Assembly (NCBI GenBank): GCA_038087875.1
Contig: CM075982.1
Location: 25,358,001 to 25,422,000 of the forward strand
From: Malacoraja senta
Taxonomy: Eukaryota
Direction: 5' to 3'
DNA length: 64,000 bases
In this document: positions 37,308 through 49,879 of the stretch, one piece after another
Layout: each line of letters starts with the position of its first letter
Numbering within the stretch: the stretch's first letter is position 1
The notes under the pieces: generated by a model
Seen by the model: the letters and a program-made list of their open reading frames with translations, nothing else
Told to the model about the DNA's origin: nothing
Database searches by the model: none
Translations under genes and position numbers: made by a program

Positions 37308-38640
37308 GTGAGGTTTTTTAAAATTTAGAAACTGATTTTCAGCATTTCCTGTTGTCCACCCACTTCATAGCGACACCCAGAGATACGCAGAATTTCCTGC
37401 TGCTAAGAAGGTGCAGGCCATTTTGTCCAACTGATCTATGCTCTGCAGGATAAGCTTCCCACTCCCTTTCACACCATCAACATATTTTCCTAATTCCTTT
37501 CCATCTGGTTCCCCCTTAAAGTGATCTCTTCTACTTGTCTCAACCACTAAATATAGGAGCAAGTTCCACCTTTTCACCACTTTCTGGATGGAGAAATTAC
37601 ACTTGAATTATGCATTACATTTATTATTGATTCCCATGTCCTTAGCCCTGTGCTCAGCCACGTGGAGATATCTTCTCCACGCACAACCCAATCAAATTGC
37701 TTCAGGATTTAAAACCAGGTGACTCCTCATCTTTGTCAGTCATTCCCGATTTTAATCAATGTAAATCTTTTCTTCACTATCTCCAACATTTTTGACAGAG
37801 ACAAGAACTGTGCCAATCACTCTGAATGTGACCTGGTGAATGGATACTGTGGATTATCCAAGCTTCCTGTTGGTTCGAGGGTGGCGGGTATATAGAACGA
37901 GCTGCCAGAGGAGGTAGTTGAGGCAGGTACTATAACAACATTTAAAAGCCACTTAGGCAGGTACATGGATGGGAAAGGTTTAGAGGGATATGGGCCAAAC
38001 GCGGGAAAATGGTAAGGGCACCTTGACAAGTGTGGACATGTTGATAACGATTCAAGGCAGATTTCTCCTCCAGTATTTTCAGTGTTGACCTCCCTCCCCT
38101 AACTAACTATAGAAACAGTGGGAGTGCAAGCGTCACTTGTAATCATGGTTGGTTTTGTCGAGCTTGTGTATTGCTATATTGGCAGCCTTGGCCTTCTGAG
38201 ATTACTCATTCCAGGCTAACACTCCAGTACTGAAAGAAGGCTGCACCTTTAAGGTGAGACTACTCCGCGCCTTTGTCTGCATGTTCAAGTGTATGTAAAA
38301 GGCATAAAAGCACCAGCACAAGAGCTCCACCCAGCATTTATCTCTGAATGTTTGCCAAAAGCAATAGATTATCTGTTCATTGTGGAAACTTGTTGCTCTC
38401 AAATTGGCATTGTCTTTCTTACAATTAACATATCAGGAATGTGCTTTGAAGTGCTTTGGGATGGTGTGCAGTAATGAAAGGTGTTCTCTATGATGCCTGG
38501 CCTTTATTTGTCTCAGTCGGACGAATGCTGTGCTGTGTGGTTGTTTCTGACCCTCTTGTTGCTGATATTAATGGAACAGTAATGCAGCTTGTTCCCATGA
38601 TCTCTGTTTTCACTAACCCACCATTCTTTGATTGCTTCAG

Positions 38641-39644
38641 GGGATGCTGAACACAAACCATACATCTGCGGTGAAGCAGACAGTGACACAATCATGCTGG
38701 ACGGGACCGAGGACTATCTCATCCTCGCCTGTGACGGCTTCTACGATACCATGGAACCGGAGGAAGCAGTCAAGGTGGTGGCCGACCACCTTAAGGAGAA
38801 CAACGGTGATAGTAGCATGGTGGCGCACAAGTTGGTGGCATCCGCACGAGACGCTGGTTCCAGCGACAACATCACTGTCATCGTGGTCTTCCTGCGGGAC
38901 CTGAACGCGCCGCTGGAAGAGGAGGAGGCCAACGGAGACTCAAAGTGGTCAGGCAACTCTTTTGACGGGGCACAGGGCGATGACAGGGACGATAAAGAGA
39001 ATCAAGATGACTTCCAAGGACCTCGGACCCAGCCTCACTATGGGACTGGCTCAGAGCTAGCCCAAGATACTCGCGAGGATTCACTCACCGACAGAACTAG
39101 TCTGACTTTAGGCCCTCAGGTCATCCTCCCTAGCGACCAAGGTTCGCAGGGTCACCAAGCGCTGGCGGCCAGTGCCAAGGACTCCCCTCCGCCACAATGT
39201 AGACCAAAGAGGACCGATCCACCCAGCGTGGAACTGCCGTTCTCAACCTTGCAGGAACGAGGGGATTTTGAGCTGGACGAGGTCCGGCCTTGGAAGCCTT
39301 CGCTAGCCGGCCGGAGCAAAAGCCGGAGCAGCAAGGCAGAGAGGCCGGCTCCCCTCTGTCCCGCCGCCCAGGATAATCCCACTGCGGCCCACAGAGTCTC
39401 CTGCGCAGTGAATCCGCAAGGACAACAATCAACCCCACCGCCACAGCACGGCGCATCCCTCCTCACACAGAGACACAGCAGCAAAACCAGCGCCGGGCCA
39501 AGCAGTCGGAATCGCAGGGGGGCAACTCACTGGGAATCACGGCAGAAAAAAGTGGGCAGTATATGTCACCTGGGCTGGGCTGGCGTCAGCTGGCACCAGC
39601 AGTTGGTAACTAGTTTACGTGGCGTCTGTCTACTGCAGCAGTAA
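38641..39644 (+). CDS. PPM1E: PPM1E last coding exon (end of PP2C domain plus divergent C-terminal tail)
   Basis: Acceptor ttgcttcag. Encodes [11 protein letters not shown]...[10 protein letters not shown]...[13 protein letters not shown], then a tail with DDKEN and DSLTDRTSL that I recall as PPM1E-type. TAA stop at 39642-39644. Confidence 0.93.
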
Positions 39645-41920
39645 ATAATTAATGTAGTTCCACCATTACTAGACCAACACCCCTGCCCCCTTTCCCAGGC
39701 TTTCTTCACTAGATTACTTACATTTCAAATGAATAGTCAGCATGCTATCTTATATTCCAGCCTAAGAGTAGCTTAGCCACATCACCCATACGAGAGTCTA
39801 ATCTGTTTTTTTCCCCAAAACAGAGCTGGCTTCACCATGGTGCCTTTTGTGACTGAGGACACCTCACTGATATTGACCAGGGGTATGAACAGACCTGGGT
39901 CAGAATGTGAAGCAGAGGATATTTGTGTAGGGTCCTCATTCACATCAGGCAAGAGGTTCCCTTTGCACTCTTGGATGGGGATCATCCCTAGCTATGCTGA
40001 CCATTTATAAGCCCCGATTTGACCTGCTGGTCAGATACCACATGCTGGGCCACCTCAGTGGGCAGCTGAGAACCAGCCTCGTTGGTGTTGGACTGGAGGC
40101 ACATTTAGGTCATTTGACATGTTTTATTCCTTAAAGGAAACAATAAAATAGGTTTTTGTGGCAGCAAGGGTCACCTTCACACATTTATTTCCTATGAGGT
40201 GATTGCAAATTCTTAAATTGCCCAAGATGCGATTAGATTATTGTCTGGATTATTGGTCTGGTAATAACTACAATAGACATTACTGAGTCTTTAATATCTT
40301 TCTCCCACCCGAATCTAGTGTTCAGTTTCATTTTACTATGGACTATCTCCAGCTGGTCTGGTGAGTGACTCTCATGTGACTATCACCCACTCCCCAGAAC
40401 TGGGCAATCGCCAGGAAACAACTGGAAGGTCAAAGAGACCTTTGCTCAGATATTCACTTCTAAAATTTAGTCACAGTAAAAAAAACTGGCCTGAGGGAAA
40501 CGATCCAATTGTGAAAGGGGAAGTGGAGTTTTGAGTTAGTGTGGCAGTGAATCTTTCTGAAACTGTGGAGCTCAAAGAAGTACAGTAATCATGACGCTGT
40601 TAGCATTCAATAGTGAAAAGTATATAAATGTATCTTGCTGTAGATTTCATTTGAAACTAATCAAATCCATTTTCAAACTAATTATTCTCACATCTATAAA
40701 AGCTTTCCCTCAAGGATCCTGTAATAGTTACACATTGAATAGTTGTTCTTTAATATACAGTAATAAACTAGTCTTCTGATCAGGTCAATTCACACCAAAT
40801 ACCAATAGTAGCAACCCCATGAAAGCAATGATTCACTGTAATAGTTAAAATTTATCACGTATCTCCTCAATAAACTAAAAGTAATTCTGTAACATGTATG
40901 ATGCATTAGTAGTTCTGATCCGAGTATATACCTGTACTGGTACCTGTACCAGTCTGATTATTAACTGAGCTAATACACTGTTCATATGCAATGGAACATG
41001 TGCCACTTTCTGTAGCAGCCCAACTGTGATCAATGTACCAGCATGGGCAGCGAGGTCTCACAATATAATTTCACCTGTATTGGTAACCTGTAGTAATCCA
41101 GCCATTCAACTGAGCTATTACTGGTCTAACTGTGCATCTATCTGGCATTTGTGGTCTGACTGTAGTCCACTGCAGCATTGATACTTACAACAGTCCAATG
41201 ATATACGTGTACAGGTACTCACAATGGTCTGACACTACCTGTTCGTATTCCTGTGCTGGTACCTGTAGCAGTCTGATTACAGAAGTATGTGTAGGTACTG
41301 ACTCTGTACACCTGTAGCAGCTCAACTGTACTGCTCTAACTGCATACCTGTTCTGGTACTCGTCATTCTACAGGGACTAATCATACTTGTACCAGTCTCA
41401 CTGCATATCTGCGGCAGTTTGACTGTGCTACTTCAAATGCAGCGTTCCTTGTAGTTGTGGAGGTACTGACTACACTTATAGCAGCATGATAGTGCAGTTC
41501 TGTTCATGTGTACTAGTTCCACACTTTAGAGCAATCTCGTTTTGTAAAACGCCGTGTTTAAATTAATGCAGCTGGTAGTAGCAAGTAGTCTTTAACTTGG
41601 TTTGAATTTCTGTACCCTTTTTTGTTGCTTGCTCAAGTAACAAACTCAGTTCCAATCTATCAATATTTCATGTTGAGTATCTTGTAATTTTTAATGGTAT
41701 TTCTGGTGATTATAATGTAAAAATTATATATATAAAAATAATCATAACTCAACAATTTCAAGAGGTGACTATTGTAATTATCTGTTTAATGCTGTTTTGT
41801 CTGTGTACATTTTGTGTTCTCTATAATATGTGATGTGTATTGAAAATGATGGAGCACTTTGTATTATCAGAAACAAAGTTAACAAGCCTTTAATGATTAA
41901 AGGAACTGGACCAGTTTGAC
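39645..41920 (+). other. PPM1E: Probable PPM1E 3' UTR
   Basis: Largely free of young repeats after the stop. AATAAA at 40142-40147 and 40869-40874. AU/U-rich block 41600-41900 ends in ATTAAA at 41896-41901. True end not determinable. Confidence 0.5.
40915..41530. repeat. Degenerate minisatellite-like region in the PPM1E 3' UTR
   Basis: Recurrent motifs cctgtNNtggtacctgtaNcagtctgatta, aactgagcta and aggtactgact. Confidence 0.55.
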
Positions 41921-42129
41921 GAGCCCTTATTTACTTGCTGGGCTGCAATGTTGGTGGGGAGGGATTTTCCACAATGTGCTACCTCTGGTTTTAATATAAA
42001 ACTGTCATATGAAATTTCAGTCACACAAATAATAGCCACTCTTTCATTGGCACATGGTCCGTAATTTTATGGATAGAAATCTTGTAAAACCTTATCCAAT
42101 GGTCTTGGAGGAACACCTTCACCATTTAT

Positions 42130-42270
42130 AATAACAAGGGACTGCAGATGTGATGTGATGTGTTTATACCAACAACAGACACAAAATGCTGGAGTAACTC
42201 AACAAGTCAGGCAGCATCTCTGGAGAAAATGGTTATGTGACGTTTCGGGTCAGGACCCCTCTTCAGACTC
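42130..42270 (-). mobile_element. Penelope-like short solo copy
   Basis: Family tail plus intact hammerhead. The element ends about 4 nt beyond the core. Confidence 0.8.
42237..42268 (-). ncRNA. Minimal type-I hammerhead ribozyme motif, intact core
   Basis: Minus strand reads gu-CUGAAGA-G-GGGU-ccug-ACCC-GAAAC-GUC-ac, core at 42239-42266. Confidence 0.7.
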
Positions 42271-43029
42271 AACCGTCATCATAGTTTGGGAAGCAATTTG
42301 AAGATGTCAACCACCACCTCAAAGGGCAATAAAGATCACCCTCCTATATCCCAAGAACAAACAAAAACAAATCCATTACCATTTCTTTGCCAGAGCTCTC
42401 CTGCTGCTGCCACGTGGTAATTCATTCCAAGCGATTTCCAGGAGGTTGTTTAATTATAGAAGCCACCCAAGCTGGTTAGCTTCTGTGCTTCTGGAAAGTT
42501 TAATCTGATTTTACAAGGTTATATAAAATGCTGGTACCATCACGATGATCTACATGCCTCGAGACAGCCCATTTCTATGGATTCTCTAAAGTAGAATTGG
42601 TAGAATAGTCTTGAATTGCAGCTCAATCAATTGGATTATTGATAGCTGTATTTACATCATGAGATATTATCCAATGACAGCTTTAATAAATGAATGCAAG
42701 AATCCCAGGGTAGAGTTCCTGTTTGTCATGATCAAGAGGTTGCAGTACTTGAGTTATGCAGCATGGAAACAGGCCCTTTGGCCCAACGCACCATGCTGAC
42801 CACTGTCCTTATACCCATGTCCTGTTTTCTTTTCAGCTACTCTGGGCAAAAAGACTACATTCACCCTATTTATTCCACTCATTATTTTTATACTCTTCTG
42901 CAAGAAGTCTCCTGATCTCCAAGGAAGCCTCAGCATGCCCAACCATTGCCTCGAGTCTTGGAAACATCCTTGTAAATCTTCTCTAAATCTTTCCAGCTTA
43001 AATACATCTTCCTATTACAGGGTTTACTT

Positions 43030-43532
43030 CAGCGTTTCTCAACATTTTTAACCTTGCGGAACCCTTGAAATAATTTTTATGTCTCAGGGAACCCTTACAT
43101 AAAAATTACTAAATAACATGGGTGAATGAGGGACTGTACCTGCACGCCAGGAAGTACAGACAGGACTGATGGAGACCGTGCATGCGTCTACTCGAGTGAG
43201 TCACTTGATACACAAATCCGTCACGTGCAGCTCCTGTCCACTGACCACTGAAGGCCGTTTCACACTGGCGCCGTATAGATGTCGCTAAATATATTCCTTA
43301 TGATTATTATATTTTTAAATGATATAACAGGTTGAAGACTATTATAATACCCAAGAATTTTCCAAGAATATGCCATACGTGTATAATAAAATTACGAATA
43401 TGAAATTAAACATAAAAATGACTCAAATGCATTTACATATGATTAGCCTATTTATCACTATTCCTCTCGGATACCCCTAGCTACCTCTTGCGGAACCCTA
43501 GCGTTCCGGGGAACCCCGGTTGAGAAACCCTG
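43030..43532. mobile_element. hAT (Charlie-like) MITE
   Basis: TIRs CAGCGTTTCTCAAC / GTTGAGAAACCCTG. Perfect 8-bp TSD gtttactt at 43022-43029 and 43533-43540. Subterminal ggaaccc repeats. Confidence 0.9.
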
Positions 43533-43689
43533 GTTTACTTGATTTACTCTTCAAGTTTCTACTAAAATTTACTTACATAACCACAAATATAAAATCTTTG
43601 GACTAAAATACCAAGTTGGTGTAAACTGTTTGGCACAACTATTGAGGATGTGTGGCTCAATAAAAATAGGTCAAGGCTTTTAAGAAAAA

Positions 43690-44112
43690 AGCCTTGCAGC
43701 TCCAGAGACCCAGGTTTAACCCTGACCACAGGTGACAATAATAGACAACAGGTGCAGGAGTAGGCCATTCGGCCCTTCAAGCCAGCACCGCCATTCAATG
43801 TGATCATCCACAATCAGTACCCCATTCCTGCCTTCACTCCATATCCCTTAACTCCGCTATCCCTAAGAGCTCTATCTAACTCTTGAAAGCATCCAGAAAA
43901 CCACAACTCTCCGTGTCAAAAAGAGACTGTACATTCTCCTCGTGACAGCGTGGGTTTTCTCTGGGGTTCCAGTTTACTCCCAGATCCCCAAAACGTGCAG
44001 GTTTGTAGGTTAACTGAATTACGTAATTTGTCCCTGGTGTGTAGGATAGAACTAGTGATCATGCGCAGACTCATTGGGCTGAGGGGCCTTTTTCCACACT
44101 GTATCCCTAACT
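43690..44112 (+). mobile_element. V-SINE interrupted by an antisense CR1 3' end (~43735-43915)
   Basis: SINE head ccagagacccaggtttaaccctgacc, then a minus-strand CR1 tail (aatagacaacaggtgcaggagtaggcc), then the SINE body resumes. Confidence 0.7.
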
Positions 44113-44518
44113 AGTGCATAAAGTTATAAAAACAATGTTTTTGCCTCTTTCCATTTAAAGATTAAAGTGGTAACCAGATGTTTTATTAAAACAGCTGAAA
44201 AATGGTTTAACTCTCCAAAATACATCCCAAAATGTATCCTTTCTATCACCTTAACATGCCAATTATTTTGAGTACCTTTGTCAACCACACAACAAATTAA
44301 ATGTTTTATAATTAAAATATTTTAATAAAACGTTCCTACTCTAGTCTGACCTTACAAAGGGCATAATTTGAAAGCCTTGCAGGATTCAATAATGCTGACA
44401 TGAGCGGATAAATCTGCTTGTGCCTACAGATGTAGACTCTAAGGAAAAAAATGGAATAGAACGTTACCGCACAGGCCCTTCAGCCCAGTATCTGTGCCTA
44501 AACATGATGCCAAGTTAA

Positions 44519-44568
44519 ACTAATGTCTGCCTGCACGTGATCCACTAATGTCTGCCTGCACGTGATCC
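44519..44568. repeat. Perfect 25-bp tandem duplication inside a CR1 tail
   Basis: actaatgtctgcctgcacgtgatcc occurs twice in tandem. Confidence 0.95.
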
Positions 44569-45500
44569 ACATCCCTCCATTCCCTGCAAATCCATGAGCC
44601 CATCTAAAGCTTCTTAAACATCACTACTGTATCTGCCTCCACCACCACTCAGTATGTTCCTTGAAGGTTCCAGGGAGCTTTAAGACTCCATCAGCCAGCT
44701 ATCTACAACTAGGCACCCACACTGAAAATTTTAAGGTGTAAAATGAACAAGAGAAAAAGAAAAAAGGTAATAATTATGGATGATACATGTTAAAATAGAA
44801 CTGTTCTGTCCCATGCATGGTTACTGCCAAACTTAACTGTCAGGTGGGAGATCAATGCTATATAATTTCCGCCCATTAAATTATACATAATGACATTCAA
44901 TTGCTCTTCTGCTTTAAATACGAGTCATCACCAGCAAGGTGACTCAGATTTCAGACTGCAGCAATAGGTCTAAAATAAAATCAGCTGGCATCAATTCCTT
45001 GGAAGTAATTATTTAAAAAAAAGTCTGCAATTCCCAATATTCCAGATAATAGCTACACATGATAGGGAATGATGAATGGACAAGGCAACAGGTAGTCCAA
45101 CAAGGTCGCTACCCCAATTCTGATAGATTGGCAGTCATGTCAAATACTTTCATCTGCCTTTTAATCATTAAAAAATAAAGAGGAATTTCAATGCCTTTAC
45201 TTCTAAGAACACACTCTTTCACACCACCTCGAATTGTCTTTTTTTTTTAAAGAAAAGATTCATTCCTAATTATGGAAGTCAGCAAGTTAGTGAACTACTC
45301 CAGATTTGTCAACTCCAAAACAAATAGCTTATTATTAAGAACTTGGCTTTTTGTCATATGCTTACCACTGAACTCGGAGTACACTTCGAAGGCAATTCAA
45401 CAACAAAGTATTAAATATCATGACAGAAAAACAGGCACAGTCCTAAGAGACCTGGATTTGAGAGATTTTGGATGGACACATGGATATGTGGGGGATATTA

Positions 45501-45812
45501 AGGGCGGCACAATGGCACAGTGGTAGTTGCTGCCATACAGCGCTTTCAGTGCTGGAGACCCGGGTTCGGTCCAGACTACGGGTGGTCTGGATGGAGTTTG
45601 TACGTTCTCCCAGTGACCGCGTGGGTTTTCTGAGATCTTTGGTTTCTTCCCATACTCCAAAGACGTACAGGCTTGTAGGTTAATGGGCTTTCTAGAAATA
45701 TATATTGTTCATAGTGTGTAGGATAGTGTTAATGTGCGGGGATCGCTGGTCGGTGTGGACTAGGCGGGGCTGAAGGGCCTGGTTCCACGCTGTATCTGTA
45801 AACTAAACTAAA
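45501..45812 (+). mobile_element. V-SINE (HE1-like), near full length
   Basis: gggcggcacaatggcacagtggtag head, gggttcg B-box, V-domain, (aaact)n tail. Confidence 0.85.
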
Positions 45813-46606
45813 ACGAAAATATGCAGGGAATCAAGGATTATGGGTTATGTGCAGGTAGGTGAGAGTTGATTTTGGCTTCATCTTCGGTAGTTCTTGTGGG
45901 GCGAAGGGCCTGCTCTTGTGCTGCACAGTTCTATGTTCCATAAAAGGAAAATATTAAAAACAAATGAACATGGGCAATTAAGGCTATGTTGGGGGAAATA
46001 AACTCCCCTTTAAATTGGCAATATTGCTCTCACAATAACACTCCGGCCAAAAAGTAACACTAGTTCAATATGCTAATGGTGTAATTTCCCCGTGAATAAT
46101 TTACACTCCATGAGCCCGCATCAATGCCATGGAAAGGCTCAACAAAGCAGCGGACTTGCTCACATGCCATTTGCCCGATCAGACAGTGGTTTGAACATAA
46201 ATGTTCAAGTTGCCTTTGGTTCTACTTCATTCACACTGCCATCTCCAAACAGTGCAATTCTGGTCTCAAAGCAACTCCCTGACAGTGCTGTCAAGCAGCT
46301 TGCTATGAGTGGGATGGAGGAGGATAGTTTGTGCCAATTTCCTTCAACTTAACCTTTACTTGGAAGAAACAGCATCAGAAGTGTGTATTAACATGCACCA
46401 GCCCATCGTACTATTCTGGGCATACTCAACATACTCAGACTCAATCGCATGTTTATTAGTAAAGACAGACCTTGTCTTTATGTTGTTTAGGATATGTAGT
46501 AATTTGCAACATAGGAAAAATGGTACAATTATACATACATTTATGCTACCAAATAATGAAAGGCATAGCGGATGAGGAGAAAATATTTCCAGTAATGGGA
46601 GAGTCT

Positions 46607-47182
46607 AGGGCCTGCCCTACTTAGGCTATTTTTTAGGCAACTACAGGATGTCGCCACGTGGTGTCGCCTGTATGGTCTTGAGTAGTCTTCTCAGTCGCCC
46701 AAAGAATCGTAGCGTCTTTCTGGTTGCCGCTGGATTTTCAGCATGTTCAAAATTTATCAGCGACAGTTGGTTGATGCCATGAACGTAGCTTGACTTCTCC
46801 TGACGTAGGTGCTGTCGTAGGTTGTCGACAGGTGATGTAGGTTGTCGCCTGTGCTGACTTTGGTTAATTCCATTGGCGACTACCTACGTCAACCGGCGAC
46901 TGAATTGTCTTCAGTTGTCGCCAACTGGGTCGTAGCTTGACGTCGGTTGAGTTCGGTTGTCGCCTGTGTGGTCGTAAGTTGTCGTAGGTGTAGTCGTAGG
47001 TGGACGTCCTAATGGGTCGCCGGTTGTCGGTAGCTTGCCGTCGACTAGATGGTAGGTTGTTGTAGCTTGTCGTAGACATTGACATAGGGGGGGTCCTGTC
47101 ATCGTTTTTTCAGCAACCTGCTACAACTATGACAGTCGCCGGCAGTTGCCTAAAAAAAAATCACGTAAGTGGGACAGGCCCT
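46607..47182. mobile_element. PIF/Harbinger-type MITE in a CR1 3' end (host ~46560-47450)
   Basis: ~40-bp TIRs starting AGGGCCTG and ending AGTGGGACAGGCCCT. 3-bp TSD TCT; removal restores the CR1 sequence gagagtctaggaccagaggg. Interior built of gtcgtaggttgtcg motifs. Confidence 0.8.
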
Positions 47183-49879
47183 TCTAGGACCAGAGGGTTC
47201 AGCTCAGGACATCGCTTAAGAATGGAGAAGAGGAATTTCTTTAGGGTGGTGTATATGTTGGAATTCATTGCTACAGACAGCTGTGGAGGTTAAGTCATTG
47301 GGTACTTTTAAAGTGGAGATTGATACATTCTTGATTAGCAAGCGTGTCAAACATTATGGGGGAAAGGCAGACTAGGATTGAGAGGGAAAACAGATCAGCC
47401 ATGATGGAATGGGCCAAATGGCCTAATTCTGATCCCATGTCTTATGATCTTACACATCCACCATGAAATGCCCAGAAGTTATTTTTAAAACCAAACTTGC
47501 TGTTAATTATGGGGCACATTTTGGTCCAAACCCCTCACCCTCCCCACCCCTTCAAAATAGTAGCATAGGATATTTAAATGTCTCTGAGATGATAAGCAAA
47601 GGTCTTATCTATCCTTCCAGCTGAAAGATAAAGCCAGCACAGCACTCAATTTCTGGTATTACATTGCCTGTTTTATCTGGCTTAGTTTTTGAAGTAGGAT
47701 TTTACCCCATAGATCCTACCCAGCGAGTCACAGGCTGCTATTAATGTACAGAAGTACTGAGTCTTTGCTTTGACAACTTGGAACACCACAGTATTGATTC
47801 ACTTTCTCTGCAGCTTGTTACGGGTACCTCTTGATACTGATGGTAAAAGTGAGGTACACGCTTTCTCTTTTTTGACAGGTGGGGCAATTACATGCTAACA
47901 GCTACTTCGAGCGTTATGCAACAGCTCCAATGTACACTGGCATCATCCCAGCACAGAAAAATGCACTCAGATTAAATTTATAGTCAGAATGCAGGATAGC
48001 CTTGGGGAGACTGGCTCTGGCTCACGTATAACCACATGGCAGTTGCCATGTGTTGATTTGTAATCCTTGTAATAATAATCTACACCATGTTAGATTGACA
48101 GCATCAATCTCACACACCCACACAAATAAAACCAAGATTGTACCAGCTTTGGAAGAAAAAGTGTCCAAAAAAAAAGGGTCTACACTGAGCATCCAGGTCC
48201 ATCACTGGAACTCTGGCCCATTCCCACTCCGACTTCAGTCTACATTGCTCCAGAGCACCTGGAAGAAACCCACGGTTACTGGGAAAACATGCATCAGGGG
48301 TCAGGATTGAACCAGGGTCTCTGGCATTGTGAGCAAGCAGCTCTGAGCTATAATGTCAACTTTGTTTCTCCATTGAAGCCGCCCAACCTGCTGAGTCCTT
48401 TTAACATTTTCCATTGTTTCAGATTTCCAGCACCTGCTGTTTTTTGCTCCAGGCTCTCGTGGTCCTGACAGGGTGAATGTGGGGAAGAAACCTTTCATAG
48501 AAGACTACAATAAAAAAAATGTTAATTTTTCTTTACCTTTCCGGAGGATCATAAGTTTTTGAAATTCTCACAATGCAGTGGAAGCACGTCACTGAATGTT
48601 TTCAAAATGGGTGTAAAGATACGTGAAAGACTCAAAAGTAAACAGGACTGTGGAGTTGATGATCCATCATCTTATTAAATGATAGAGCAGGCATGAGGGA
48701 CTGAGTGGTCAAGTCTTGCTCCTGATTCTTATGTTTATATCAGATGTTTAGTGACACTTCTCTCAGCTAGATGCAAAATATCTCATAGTGATAATTAAAA
48801 GCCATGGAATTCACTACACTGTAATCTAGCTATGTCAGTAAAAGAAAATACAAAACTTTGTTAATACAAGTTAACTACCACTCTAACTTGTGGCTCTCTC
48901 AAATCCATACAAACACAAGAATTAGGATAGAACAGTAGGGTAGTTCTGGTTACCAGACTACAGCAAGGATGAAGAATTATTCTAAAGATGGGTGCCAATC
49001 TAAAACATCATCCATCCATGTTCTTCAGAAATGCTGCCTGACCCGCTGAATCACTCCAGCACTGTGTGTTTTGTCAAGTTGCACCTGCAGTTCCATGTTT
49101 CTACATGATTCCATGATACTTTATGGACTGTTACATGACAGCCCCTCCCCCCGTACATTATTTGTAAATAAAAGAACGAGAGACTGGATTGAGTTTAAGG
49201 TAAATGAAAAATGTAGGATTAAAACATTTCCACATGCACGCATACTTTCCTGTAGGAGGGGCATTCTGACCACAAACAGGTATGGTACACACCATGTTTT
49301 GTTTAAGAGTGAAACCCAGGCATGATTTATAATTACATCCAAACGGTCCAAGTGCACAGTGGCTAGGACCACACCCGCTATTAGAGCTCAATGCCTATAA
49401 AAATGTGTGGCCACATTACCTCAGGTCCGTAAGGAAACATCTGGCTCCACTGGTATATTTATCTGCAAATAGTTCCAAAGATTTCTGGAAGCCAGAACAA
49501 ATTACTGATTTCCATCTCCATTTTGTGATTACAAGAGGCTGATGATTTCAGTGTTGCATTTCCATGCGAGGTCTTGCTTTGAATTCAATGATTCAGAAGT
49601 AATGTGCTGTCAGGGTGCCATGTTGGCCAATGTTCTCGCCAATTCTGCTCACCTACATTATTGCTGTTTTGTGGGATTTCTGTGAAAAGTAGCTGTTCAT
49701 TTGCAAACACAAAACAATTTTCCCCACAAGCCACTGAGGAGTTCTCTGCGGACACAAAGCCTCACACAAATAAAATGTTTCCTTTCTTAAAACCCATTAA
49801 CCCTTCATTTTGAGCTAAAAATGTTCCTAGGTCCACTGGAAATTATACCCACCCCTTCCCAGAAACAGCAGACTCGTAA

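Noticed and set aside
45501-45580. tRNA-like A/B boxes here and at 6700-6764 and 28078-28140
   Set aside because: These are SINE heads that continue into the V-domain and tail. No complete cloverleaf.
46864-47102. T/Y/D/N-rich ORFs; the region is superficially array-like
   Set aside because: They arise from short motif repeats inside a TIR-bounded MITE. There is no repeat-spacer periodicity and the context is eukaryotic, so it is not CRISPR.
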